From: Podarcis pityusensis
Taxonomy: Eukaryota
Assembly: GCA_964106645.2 (NCBI GenBank)
Contig: OZ067043.1
DNA length: 64,000 bases
Strand: one strand, 5' to 3'
Below, piece by piece: positions 25,994-38,490 of the stretch. Positions within the stretch are counted from its first letter, which is position 1. Each line of letters begins with the position of its first letter. The notes below the pieces were generated by a model, which did not search any database, was not told where the DNA came from, and saw only the letters and a program-made list of their open reading frames with translations. The translations under genes and the position numbers were made by a program.

Positions 25994-26794
25994 TTTTTGT
26001 TTGCCCTGGGACATTGAAAGCCGTTGTGGATTCCCCAAATTTATATGAAGCGGAACAAAAGGCAGGTGCCTGGTGCAAGGACCCTCTTCAAGCTGCGGAT
26101 AAAATATACTTCATGCCGTGGACTCCATACCGTACTGATACTTTGATAGAATATGCTTCTTTAGAGGACTTCCAAAATGGACGCCAGCAGACGACATACA
26201 AACTTCCAAACCGAGTGGATGGTACTGGATTTGTGGTATACGATGGTGCTGTCTTTTTTAACAAGGAAAGAACTAGGAACATTGTAAAGTTCGATTTGAG
26301 GACTAGAATTAAGAGTGGAGAGGCAATTATAAATTATGCCAACTACCACGACACTTCCCCTTACAGGTGGGGAGGGAAGACTGACATTGATTTGGCAGTT
26401 GACGAAAATGGCTTGTGGGTCATTTACGCCACGGAACAAAACAATGGGATGATAGTTATTAGCCAACTGAATCCTTATACCTTGCGTTTCGAGGCAACGT
26501 GGGAAACTACGTATGACAAACGGGCAGCATCTAACGCCTTTATGATATGCGGGGTTCTCTACGTTGTGCGGTCCGTATACCAAGACAATGAAAGTGAAAC
26601 TGGCAAGAACTCAATTGATTACATTTACAACACTCGGTTATTCAGAGGAGAATATGTAGATATCCCTTTCCCCAACATGTACCATTACATTGCTGCTGTG
26701 GATTACAATCCAAGAGACAATCAACTGTATGTGTGGAACAACAACTTCATCCTACGATATTCTCTAGAGTTTGGTCCCCCTGACCCCGCTCAAG
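25994..26794 (+). CDS. ADGRL2: ADGRL2 exon encoding the whole olfactomedin domain, 801 nt
   Basis: Lies within ORF 25945..26826. Acceptor ctgcTAG|TTTTTG; donor CAAG|GTAAGC. Motifs [45 protein letters not shown]. Confidence 0.98.
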
Positions 26795-27493
26795 GTAAGC
26801 ATTCTTTATTATCTCTATTTCTTTAAATATTAGGTTATTTTAACAGAGTGCTTGCTAATGAAACTAGCCATCAGTGTATTTTGGCAATTTAAGTACCTGT
26901 TTTGTAATGAAACAAAACACAAAAATGGATTTAAAATTGTACCTGTGCCATCTTGTACCATAGCAACACACCCAATGGTAAGTTTCAGCTCCACATTACT
27001 AGGTTCAAGACAATCTATCCATTTGGAATAAGAAGCATGTTAGCATTGGTGTTTTTATCTGATTTTAGTCCTGAGTACAATATTTTTAAAAACTTAAAAA
27101 CTATTTTCTGCCTGTGGCTGGGAAAGATGTGGTTTGAAGAACCTGATGCAGTTAGGTGCAGTAGTTCTCAGCGTGGATGCTGCAAAGGTTTGCATTTTAC
27201 AAGTCTGCAGTTTGAGCCTGAAAAGAGGATTAGCCTCTATCTTTGTAACATGCTGTAACATCCCATAATTTCCCATTGGTGGAGCAAATGCAAGTCAGTG
27301 TATTCAATTTGAGAATAGCTATGGCTACCTAAAATACTGCGTTGTTATGTAAGCTGCCAACGAGTAGTCATTTGGGAACTTGTATCACTGAGGAAATGTC
27401 TCCAGTATGCATAACCGCGGGTGCACATACAAATATTAAATGCAGAGGATGTAGCTTTTGAAGACTGTTTTGGCAGTGGAATTAGGAAAAGAT

Positions 27494-27494
<1 letters not shown>

Positions 27495-27529
<35 letters not shown>

Positions 27530-27531
27530 AC
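27495..27531. repeat. (CA)n microsatellite
   Basis: Direct reading. Confidence 0.95.
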
Positions 27532-27665
27532 TTGTAAGCTCACTAAAAACAATTTGCATTCCCAGAATGTTATTTTTGTTGTAGTCTCCAACAAAGCTGC
27601 TTTTAGATACCTATTTTCTCGCATGTTATTACTGGATATCTCTCTTCAGCTGTTACAAACTTTTA

Positions 27666-27890
27666 CAGTGCTACCTCAGGTTACATACGCTTCAGGTTAC
27701 AGACTCCGCTAACCCAGAAATAGTGCTTCAGATTCAAAATTTGCTTCAGGATGAGAACAGAAATTGTGCTCCAGCGGCGTGGCAGCAGCAGGAGGCCCTG
27801 TTAGCTAAAGTGGTGCTTCAGGTTAAGAACAGTTTCAGGTTAAGTACGGACCTCCGGAAGGAATTAAGTACTTAACCCGAGGTACCACTG
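27666..27890. mobile_element. Tc1/pogo (Tigger-like) MITE, copy 1, 225 bp
   Basis: TA|CAGTGCTACCTCAGGTTA ... TAACCCGAGGTACCACTG|TA: TIRs with TA target duplication. Confidence 0.9.
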
Positions 27891-28128
27891 TATTACTTTC
27901 ATTGCGGGAGACTGAAGGCTGATTGCACCGTAGGAATACAGAAATATTCTATGTAGAAGTATTTTATAGGAATGCAGAAGTACTGTATGTGATAATACTA
28001 TATGGTCTCTATGTGGTTGTAATGTAGAAGCACTATGTAAATGTGCTATGTTGCCACATAACAAACGTCACAGGACCATATAATCATACAGTAGGAATGC
28101 AGACATGCTGTAAAAATGCCAGAAGCTG

Positions 28129-28199
28129 ATTCTTACTAACATTAATATGATTTAAATGCTTGTTTGAAGCATTTAATTCATATTAATGTTAGTAAGAAT
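28129..28199. repeat. Near-perfect inverted repeat (33-bp arms, 1 mismatch, 5-nt loop)
   Basis: attcttactaacattaatatgatttaaatgctt-gtttg-aagcatttaattcatattaatgttagtaagaat. Confidence 0.95.
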
Positions 28200-28859
28200 A
28201 TACCTAATGAATTCCATTGGTGTGTAGTCCTGTGACTGTTGGAAGGATGTTCTATGGGCCATGGGATATCTCAGTTATCATCCCTCAGTTAGAGAGACAG
28301 AACTCCCAATGCTGTAGACAGAAATCTGATGTCAGATTTCCTGCTCCCAACTAAAGGTTCTAGCACCCTGGCCCAAACATCAGATATGATAAAAAAGAGC
28401 TGGACCAGAGACATGCCAAGAAAGAACTAAGAAACAGCTGGTACCTGAAGGATCCCATTCTGGTCCCTTGATGCACTCCCAAACTAGGAAGAAATTTAGA
28501 CACACTTTCTAACGGTGTCTAAATCTCTCTCATTTCTGTCCCATTGTTTCAGTGGGAAGAGGAAAGCATTAACATTTTTTTAAAAAAAATGAAATAAAAT
28601 AAATAAAACACAGGAAATGGACAGAGGAATGCAATACCATTCCTACACTCCCTGATGACTCAAATCATGCAGTGTTTGGGATATGGTGGTTGAACCTTTG
28701 GTTTTTTGCTCCCTCCCCACATTAGGAATGCATCATTAGAAATTCTTGTTAAAAAAAACAACTTTAAGACTATGAGAACATTCATGCATATATTTTTTTA
28801 ACGGAGGGGGAAATGGCTCAATTTTTGTCATATTTTAATAGTTAGTTTGTTGATGTGTA

Positions 28860-29085
28860 CAGTGGTACCTCGGGTTACATATGCTTCAGGTTACGGACTC
28901 CACTAACCCAGAAATAGTGCTTCAGGTTAAGAACTTTGCTTCAGAATGAGAACAGAAATCGTGCTCCGGCGGCACAGCAGCAGCAGGAGGCCCCATTAGC
29001 TAAAGTGGTGCTGCAAGTTAAGAACAGATTCAGGTTAAGAACAGACCTCTGGAACGAATTAAGTACTTAACCTGAGGTACCACTG
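28860..29085. mobile_element. Tc1/pogo (Tigger-like) MITE, copy 2, 226 bp
   Basis: TA|CAGTGGTACCTCGGGTTA ... TAACCTGAGGTACCACTG|TA; colinear with copy 1 along its whole length. Confidence 0.9.
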
Positions 29086-32000
29086 TATATCCAGTGCCTT
29101 TGTAAAGCTAAAGGATTTTAATACTTTAATATGTGATTTTGAGATTACGGTGAGAATTTTTCTAATTCATTTTAGATGAATTAATTGGATTTAAAAGGTA
29201 TGGATTGTGAGGATGTGAGCTTTAGAGTTCATCTCAAATTTTGCCCTCCATCTTCCATGAGCAAAACTGAACTGTCAGTCATTAAGGAAAAGAAAATCAA
29301 CTAAAACACTTCTGCGATCATCATTTATGCGGTCAGAGTTTATATAGGCTGCTTAGAGCGATGGGATATTTGAAAATGAGGGCATGAAGGTAGTATTTCT
29401 GGGCCTTTCTGCTTTGGGGAAAGGAAGTTGCCCTAACATGAAGTGCTTAATGATGTCATGGGGTCAGTGCCTCTGCAGCAGAAGTCATGGCCTCTTCTGT
29501 TGGAATGCCTAATTTGGGGCCATTACGGAAAACTCAGCAATTTTTGCCACTTCACTTGTGATGGGAGCAGTAATGATATGTTGACCTACTCAATGAGCCC
29601 TCTGTCTTTCATCTCTCTGCCTTGTCAGCGCCTGACTGCATCATAGCTTTCTACCCCAAAAATGGTTCAAACACTGTAGACTGTCTCGCCTTTTGAGTGA
29701 AACAAGTCCTTTGTCACATCCATCTGACTTGCCCTCCTGAGCTTAGATGTTATTTTCACTCCCAAGGCCGAACGTCATTCTTGACCCCAAACATGTGCGT
29801 TTTCCTGAGATAGAACAAGAGGTATTCCTTGTGTTCGCCATATTTCAGGGGCTGTGGCATTGCCAGAACTTCCCCTCACCTTAGCCCTCTTATGGGTTCT
29901 AAAAGATGAGATGAACCTTCATAGATACCAGAGTTTTCCTGCTGCACAGGTTCCACTTTCCACGAGTTGAAAGGCAGCAGGAATGACAACAGCAGATGAG
30001 GCTCTTAAATGTCATGTCCTTGATTTTTCCATTTCTGCAGTGCTGAAACTGTACTATGATATGATTTTGCAATCCCCTCCCAGCATGCAATATCCATCAG
30101 TCTTCATGCATACCTTCATGGAATATAAAATGCTGTTTCCAAACCAGTCCTTTTAGGGGCTAAAGTATTTCTGTTAGGTACAGCACAATGGCATGCTTCT
30201 GCATTGCATCATTTTGAGGATCTTATTGTCTTTGATTTTACAGCAGCTGACTGTGGGATTGGTTTCTTCTCTCTTGCATTTTGCTTCAGCTTGCTTTGTG
30301 ATGACAAGGAGACAATGTGGCCACAGTCTAGCAAGGTCCTCTGTGTGTATTTACTGCGCCCACACACCAGACGCGGTTTTATTTGCTGGGTTTTCAGCAC
30401 ACCTTTTCAACACGTGCCAATGTGTTAGATACATGAGATGATCCAGTTGCAAACTTCATTAGCATTCTTTCCCAGCTTCCCCCTTCCCCTTAAATCAACC
30501 TATATCTATATAGCTGGTGAATAAACTATCACCAGGATAGTTTGCAGTGAACTCTGGACCCACACTGAGTAAGGTTTGCTCCCTCCCCCTGAATTTACCT
30601 AGTTTTGACGAATCAAGTTTTGGGGCAGATGGAGAGGTGATGATTTTACAGGAACGAAAGTTCAATCTCCCTTGCAGCTGAAGAACTAGTTAAATAGTTC
30701 TTTGGATCTCATCCTGTACATTTCTCAAATATGACTGAAAGTTTTCCTTCTGAATTTACTGATAGCTGCTGACCTACTTGCCAACATTTTCAGATTTGAG
30801 AAAAGTATACTTGTAGTGTATTCCTATCCAAAGCTTCTCAGAGATAAGTTCCACTCAGTTCAATTAGAGCTTCTTCCCTTGAAACGTTTATCAGAGTTTG
30901 CTTCCAAGGTCATTATCCTATCATCACCTAATTTTTTGTCTGTTTTGTTCTACTGATTTGCAACTGATATCCTGCTAAATTTATTGCCACTGAATTATCA
31001 TTTATTTATTTCATAAAATTTATGTACCACTTGATTGTAGAAAAAACAACAACCAGTAAAGCAGTTTACAAAAAGATAAAACAATAAAATAATCACTAAA
31101 AAATGATAACCATAATTTAAAACATGCATGAAGTTAAAACCACAATAGAATAGACTAAAACAAATCAAAACTCACACAGACTTCTTAAACATCTGGGTAG
31201 AATTGCCTATTGATATCAGGCAGCTGCTTTCACTGAATTCTTCTTGGTTCCTGCCTGATATCAATAAATGATCAAGTTCTTATCGATATGGTATGGGTAT
31301 TAAGTAGCACCTGTAAAAGTGCCAGTGGGCACATATGGGGGAAGGCAAATTCAAAAGTTACGAAAGGATTTCCAGCCATTGTGTGCCATAATTATCCATT
31401 TAGGTGTGATCTGGCACTTCCAGGGGGTACAGAGCTAGAAAGTGCAGCCAGAATGGTGGTGGGAAGCTGAATGGGTTGGCTGATCAGCTGCAATCTTCTT
31501 GAGACATATCCGTAAGGCATGCTCTAGCTGTGCTTATTGTTTTCATGTGAGAAACAATGCTGTCCCTCCTTAAACAGGAATGCTGTTGCGTGAAAATGCT
31601 CCTTGCCAACACTCTTCATACCAGAATGCAGATGGGAACTTTATAATCCAAACAAGAGTTATTCTGTCTCTCTTCCAATCTACAGCGCAGGCTGGACACA
31701 GCTATGGCATTTGGTGTGCTAGACACCATTGCAAAACTACAGCTCCTGGCCACTTGCGGGGGAAATGATGCTTCCTGGGAGCATCTCTACAGCGAGTGTG
31801 GGCCCATTTTCAAGTTATTGAATTGTTAGATGTGTTAAAATAAAGAAGTCCTGGATTCTCATCGCTTTCCAAGAGCATGTCCCGCCTGCAAGCCTTTCTC
31901 CTTTTCTACAATTCCAAGTCTGCTTGGATGATTGTGGTGCCACCTTTAGGGAAAGAAGTGTGGACTTCGCGACTCCACTCAGCTTTTGAATGGTGAATAA

Positions 32001-32880
32001 AAAGAGTGCTGAACTGGTGCCGTCTCTTATTCCAAGCAAATATGCAGAGCTTTTAGGAAACGATTTTACAAAAAGGGCACCCCCCAAATTACTTTTTTAA
32101 AAAAAGATGCCGATCGCTTTCCAGACAAAGCAGATGTGTCTCAGTATTGATTTTAATAGCCACATGGGTGGCACTGGAACAGCTGCATCTAGAGTAGTGG
32201 ATGAAATTATATGCTCTTGTGATTCTAACCTCATAACTGGACCTCAGAAAGGAGCCATCGTGATCCCTTTTAGTGATGTTAAGCTGTAGGGCACAAGTGT
32301 AGCTTAAAATGAGATAGAAGCTGTCAAAAGTAAGAGGATCTGTGAGAGTATTAATTGCACTATTGTTGGTACAGATTTCTGTCGTCAGGAATGTCTTAAT
32401 TAAGCACATGGTGTCACCGAATGTCTAAGATCTTAGTAATAAGGAAAAGCTTCCTAGATTCTTCTCACAACACCCCAAGATCTGAATCAGTAGTGGCTTC
32501 TTGACACTTTTTTTTTTGCAAGTGCTTGTGACACTTTTGTCAAACGTTAATTGAGAAAGCATCAAAAGCCTGGCTGCGTTATAATCAGAATAAAATTACC
32601 GAGGTTTCACACGATGTCAGGAGAGAACTTGCAGAGAAGATAGACAGGTCTGGAAAGGTTTTTCCAGAAGCTAGGCTGAAAAAACAGCTCAGCAGAATCG
32701 TGCACAGGCAGCACTCACTCAGACTAGGGGCAAGAAAAAACCCTGTGAGGCTCAAGATGTTTTTGGTTTGAGATAGAAAATAACCAGAAAACTATGATTT
32801 GCACTCAGCTAGAAAGAGGGAACAGCTATGAACAATCATGGTAAAATACCCAGGTTTGTATTAATTATTACTATCTAGAG

Positions 32881-33845
32881 CAGAGGTTCTTAGACTGCAT
32901 TCCACAAGCTCTGCTCAAGATGCTCCACAGAAAGATTGTGGAACAGAGAAGAGTACTTGGCTCTGCATTTGATTTAGGGTTTTTTCTCCTGATGATGGAA
33001 GTCAAAGTTGTTTTGACCAGGGATGCTGGATTTAATGAACAATCTAACGAGGATCTGGTTCCAGGCCCTTGATTTTCATAGTATCACACTGTTTTTGATT
33101 ATCATGCCAAATAAAAATATGCGCCTCCTTCGATTTCATCCAGAAGTTAAAAATGCAAGTTTTCTGAATTAGCATCACCCTACTGCTTTACATACATTGG
33201 GCTAAGGTAGCTTGGCCTAGGTCCTATTGAAAGTGTGATAAGTTAGTCTTAAGTTATTTTCAGTGGGGTTGAAGTACATCTACAATCCCAACTCCACTTA
33301 CCCAGGAGTAAGCACCATTGCGTTCACTAGGACTTAATTCTGAGTGGACATGGCCAGGACAGCAGTGTTGGTGTGGCTCCATCCCATAGTTCCAACTGGT
33401 CACATTTTGTCAGCTGTGCCTGCGTGGTTTTCATTGGATGAATTTGGTTGATTGTGTGTTGTTTTCTATTGGTTATAGTTTGACACCTGTTTGGAAGGGG
33501 AATTGATGCTGGTTTCCATGCAGTATTTGATGTAAATAGAAATTTGTAGCTATTAAGGAATGAAAAACAAAATTGTATTCATATTTATGCAAGCCTGACC
33601 CCCCACTGGTTGCACCGCTGCATGTAAGCGGACAAATAACAGACTCCACATCCATCCACTTTGCTCACAAAAACAGGAATATCCATTATATTAGAAAGGA
33701 AAGACAACGGTTATTAAAATGCTAGTTATGTATGTACTTTGATTTATAGGAAAACAGCAGCAGTGGCGGAAAAAAGGTTATTAAGTAGTCTGCCAAGACC
33801 CCAAGCAATTTTTAAGTGACCCAGGAAAAAAAAGTTTGAGAACCA
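32881..33845. mobile_element. Possible old hAT (Charlie-like) element
   Basis: Left end CAGAGGTTCTTAGACT follows atctagag; right end aagtttgagaacca precedes ttctagaa. Both flanks fit the NTCTAGAN hAT target. The interior is degenerate. Confidence 0.4.
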
Positions 33846-35260
33846 TTCTAGAATATACATAAAATATACGAAACTAATGAGTTCCACATACAACACATGC
33901 AATCATAAATTCTTACGGACATTTTAGGCTCTTATGTTGGCATCCATTGTCCTAAAAATAAAAAATAAATAAATCCACACTGAAAGATTTGTGCTTCAGT
34001 TTTCTGTGAAATATGTTTCCCTCAAAAAGTATATGGAGATGATGGGATGATTAGAGCTTTTGCCCACTGTAGGAGTGCAGGAAGATTTATGTTAGGCTTT
34101 TATTTTGTCAGAACCCTTGTCCCTACTCTGAAAGAACTGGAAACTCCATCTCTTTTAAAAGAAAGAAACATTCTTTTCAAGTTCTTTGAAAAGACAGCCT
34201 TATGCCTCTCTCCTTGTTTGCATTTTGTGGTTAAATTCAATTTACATTCAAGAATATATGTTTTTGATAAGTTCTAGCCTAAAGACAGAAGAGGTTTAAA
34301 TCGCTTTTAAAAAAAAGAAAAGGAAGAAAGAATAAGCCTTTAGGAAATAAGTGTCAAAGGGAAAATTTTAAACCTGAAAAGTGTCAGATCCAGTTGTTTC
34401 CAGAAGGCCTGACATGGAAAGGAGTGAATACCTGTCACAGTTTGTAAATTCCTCCAGGCAGGGACCTGTCTCTTCTTTGTTTGTAAAAGTGGCAGGCACA
34501 CCTGTGGAGATGATGGAATAAAAAACTCTAAGTAATGAATTGTGTTGCTCCACTAGCCAATGTTGCTTTGAATTTCGCTGTAGCCAGCGGCACTCTAATA
34601 CCCCAATGAACAGGCGGGCTTGCCAACTCTACCTTTTTTTGGAAGGAGATTACCCTGCCACTTTTGAATTTTGAATGTACCCTTTGATGGTTGGCCTTTT
34701 TTGTTTTGTTTTGTTTTGTTTTCCTTTTCATTTTGTTTTTTTCTCTCTAGTTTTCCTGGAAACCGTTATTTACAATTACGACAAGCTTTTCAAGAGCGGA
34801 GATGGATCAAATCAGAGACCTGTCCCTGCAAATTATGATAAGCAGAGCTTAATTTCACATGGGGAAACCCAGGTTTCTGCCTCCAAATACTGCAAACTTA
34901 AATTTATATATATATTATTCAAGGGAGAGAGCCCTCAAAGTGCCTGCTTTTCCAGCTGTTTCATATGTTTACACACATAAAGTGGACCTGTATAGCCACC
35001 ATGTTGAGAGCAGCATGCACACTCCCAAATAATGGCCTAAATTCCCATGTCTACCTAGAACTTGAAGAACTGTAGGGATTGTGCTTTAAGTACTTGGTGG
35101 TCCTGGTATCATGTTCTGGCTGACTTTAGACAGTCTGGCAAAAATGCAACTTTAGGAGGCAGTTTAACAAGGATATAGCCTTCACATTCATCCTTACTGT
35201 TCATCCCCAGTGTTTGGAGAAGCACACTCTGTACATACCTGCACAATTCTTCCCCTAGAT

Positions 35261-35392
35261 CACTGTTTCCCAAACTTGCATCTCCGTTGATAGACTACAG
35301 CTCCCATCACCCCTAGCTAACAGGACCAGTGGTGAGAGATGATGGGAACTGTAGTCCAAAAGCAGCTGGAGACCAAAGTTTGGGGAACCCTG
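35261..35392. mobile_element. Non-autonomous palindromic hAT MITE, 132 bp
   Basis: Perfect 8-bp TSD CCCTAGAT (35253-35260 and 35393-35400). CA...TG ends with tttcccaaactt / aagtttggggaa inverted termini. Confidence 0.88.
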
Positions 35393-36574
35393 CCCTAGAT
35401 TATAGCATCTGACAGAAGTGGCTTCACGAACTAAGGGAGCAGTCTCAGCTGCCTCAAGAGTGGAGTTTAACTGGATTCTAGCAACTCTCAGGCAGCAGCG
35501 AATATCCTCTTCTTGAGCAAGCTGTTCAAGTGAGTAGATGCCCAGGCTATCTTGGATAAAACTGATTGTCTGGATCTATTTCCATGCCCAGTTTTGGCAC
35601 AAAAGCTGCCCTGGTCACACTGATGGGTAGCATGCACTTATAGATGCTGGTAATCCATCCTTCTGGATCTCTCAATAGCCTTGTGTACTCAATACCTTGT
35701 GACCATGGTAATCTTCTAGACTGCCTGGACTACAGTGTTTTGGTGGCTCCTTCTCTGGAAGGGCCAGTTCCAGAGGTTGGTACAGAGAGGAACCATTCTT
35801 CACAGCTTTGGCATTAATACTACAGAATGCTGCTGGGTTCTATTTTCTCCCTTTTTAAAAACACGTTCTTGAAATTGTTGAATGAAGTCATTTGGAGCTG
35901 AGTGCAATCAGAAGCTGTTTATGTCTATCTCTATCTTACTTTTACACCAGGAATTGCTGCTACGTTAGGGCTTGAGATCAGTAGTGGACTAGGGAAGAGC
36001 TCAATTCTGATAAGGTGTACTTTTCAGGAAAGTGGTGTTCAACTTGTTCTGAACCAAACTGTGCTCTTCCAAAAGGGGCAGGTTTATAGTTCATGGTATG
36101 TATGCTCATACATACAACCCTGTCAGCTGAGACCCAGGCAGTATCAACAAAGGCTGGTACACCCATTGTGAAATCCCTTCTTGGACAAAGATAGCTTAGC
36201 CACCACAGTCAGAAAGGTCCTGCTTCTCTCTAAGCGTGACTATTTCAACAATTGTATTTGGGGCTGCAAGAAAACATAGACTAAAATACAAAGTCAAGGA
36301 TGCTCATTTGTACCTGTCATTGGAAACACATTGTGCCATTATTTAGAGAGTTCCACTGCTACCAGATCATTTCCAACTCCCAACAGAAAGCGTAAGCACT
36401 TACAAAACCTCTGCAGCTTGGGACTGGGATAACTGATAGAATGATTCTTTTATGTCAACCAGCTTATGTAGTAAGATAATATTCAATAGCTGACTTCCAG
36501 ATATTTTGCCCATCCAAAATAAAGTGGCTGGTGAGAATGAGGGGAACCTTCTCTGGGAGTCTCTGTGTTTGTGT

Positions 36575-36742
36575 ATTTATGGAGCCTTGGTTCAGTGGAA
36601 GAGCACATGCTTTTATATGCAAAAGGTCTTGGGTCTCAGGACTGGAAAAGACTGCTGTCTGAAACCCAACAGGCTGCTAAAGAATGCAGGCATAACTACA
36701 TTGAACAATGATCGGAATCTATAAGGCAGCTTCCTATGTTAC
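36575..36742 (+). mobile_element. tRNA-derived squamate SINE with CR1-like tail, degenerate
   Basis: Head ggttcagtggaagagcacatgc and tail tataaggcagcttcctatgtt; homologous in reverse complement to 42646-42825. Confidence 0.6.
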
Positions 36743-37811
36743 ACTTGCAGCCTAGTCTGATATCCTTTGGTATTTTCAGCATTTGAGGGATTTAAAAACA
36801 ATGACTTTTATTCTGCTGTTTTATTGATGGTTGGCGTTTTCTAGCATTTATTTCCCTGTTGTTATTATTTTGCTGGTTTTATTCCATAAACCACCATGTA
36901 GATTATATACTAAAGGGTGGTACATACATTTAGAAAAAAAATATGATGCAACAGGTTAATACACCCGACTCCCCTGGAACAGCAAAACACGGTCACTCCT
37001 GCCATGTTAAAATGAGTAATATGACTGAGTGAGCTCATACACAAGGCCACTTGCCACACACAGAGGCTCCCCCCCCCATTCAGTCCATTTAAAGTGCAGT
37101 CGATGATTCTACGCCTTATTAATTATTGTATATAGAAAGTCTAGTTGTGATAATTATTAGTCCTGAGTGGAACAGTGTAATCTTCGGCATATACTAGGTT
37201 ACTCTTGGGAATCTTACGTGCAATGGGAATGTTTTGTATGTGAAAAAAACCCTATGTATTTTAATTTGAATGTTGTCAGCTTGATAGAACTACCAATTAC
37301 AGAACCCAAACCAGAAGTTTCTTGTTTAAATCCAGTTTTCTTGACATCAATGATTAATCTGTCTGTGTACTTGCCATTGGCTTAAATTAGTTCTTTCTTC
37401 ACACCTGCTCTATCAAAATAGGGAAAGGGGAATGTTTAAAGGCTGAGATGTTGAAACACTAAAACAACACATGCATGCGAGGCTTTTTTTCTGTTTGGGT
37501 CTAATCAGGCATGCTGGAAATCTCTCAAGCAAAAATGACTGCCGGGTGGGAAGATGTTACAGTAATTATCTTGCTGTAAGTTGCAGAGTGGATGACATGA
37601 AGTTAGGGTGGTTTTTTGTGTGTAAACGGCCTGGTTATTTACAACCTACTTTTTCATTTTGGAATCTGTTCATTTGTTGCTTCCTTGTTTGTTTTGCTTT
37701 TCAAATATAGAACTTAGTTTTATAGTGTAGATTCTGCCATGTTTTCTTTGTTTAAAGGTATTCATACACATTTTATCATACAGAAATAAATCAGTATTAA
37801 GGCCTCTAGGG

Positions 37812-37948
37812 CAGGCTTCCTCAAACTCGGCCCTCCAGATGTTTTTGAGACTACAATTCCCATCATCCCTGACCACTGGTCCTGCTAGCTAGGGATCATG
37901 GGAGTTGTAGGCCAAAAACATCTGGAGGGCCAAGTTTGAGGAAGCCTG
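37812..37948. mobile_element. Non-autonomous palindromic hAT MITE, 137 bp, relatively young
   Basis: CAGGCTTCCTCAAACT...AGTTTGAGGAAGCCTG termini; arms complementary over about 55 nt; 8-bp TSD ctctaggg/ctgtaggg. Confidence 0.9.
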
Positions 37949-37972
37949 CTGTAGGGAGTTGAAGTTTTTAGA

Positions 37973-38100
37973 NNNNNNNNNNNNNNNNNNNNNNNNNNNN
38001 NNNNNNNNNNNNNNNNNNNNNNNNNNNNNNNNNNNNNNNNNNNNNNNNNNNNNNNNNNNNNNNNNNNNNNNNNNNNNNNNNNNNNNNNNNNNNNNNNNNN
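37973..38100. other. Assembly gap (128 N)
   Basis: Run of N in the sequence. Confidence 1.
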
Positions 38101-38285
38101 CAGTATACTGAGATTGCATTCCTGTCCACACTTACTCTATATTGCACTCCATGAGACTTTTAGTATAAATGCTTAGGATTCTTGGTGTTCCAGCCATGGA
38201 AAAGCTCCTTCTGTTTGCAGAGGGAGTGGGTATCCAGGAAATGGTTCCTGCCGGATGAAGAAGGCAGGTAGATCATTTTCACTGA

Positions 38286-38490
38286 TTAAGAACACAGGGA
38301 TACAAGTAGAGCCCTGCTAGATCAGGCTATCCAACATCCTGTTCTGATAGTGACCAGTCAGATACCTATGGGAAACCCACAAGCAGAACTTGAGTGTAAT
38401 AGTGTTCTCCCCACTTGCGATTCTCAGTAACTACGATTCCAATATTTACCACCCCTAGCACCCCTAGCAGTGGAAGTAGAACATCATGAT
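38286..38490 (-). mobile_element. CR1-like LINE 3' UTR fragment
   Basis: taagaac...agagccctgctagatcaggc..tccaacatcctgttct...cagatacctatgggaaacccacaagcag; homologous to 56281-56450. Confidence 0.6.
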
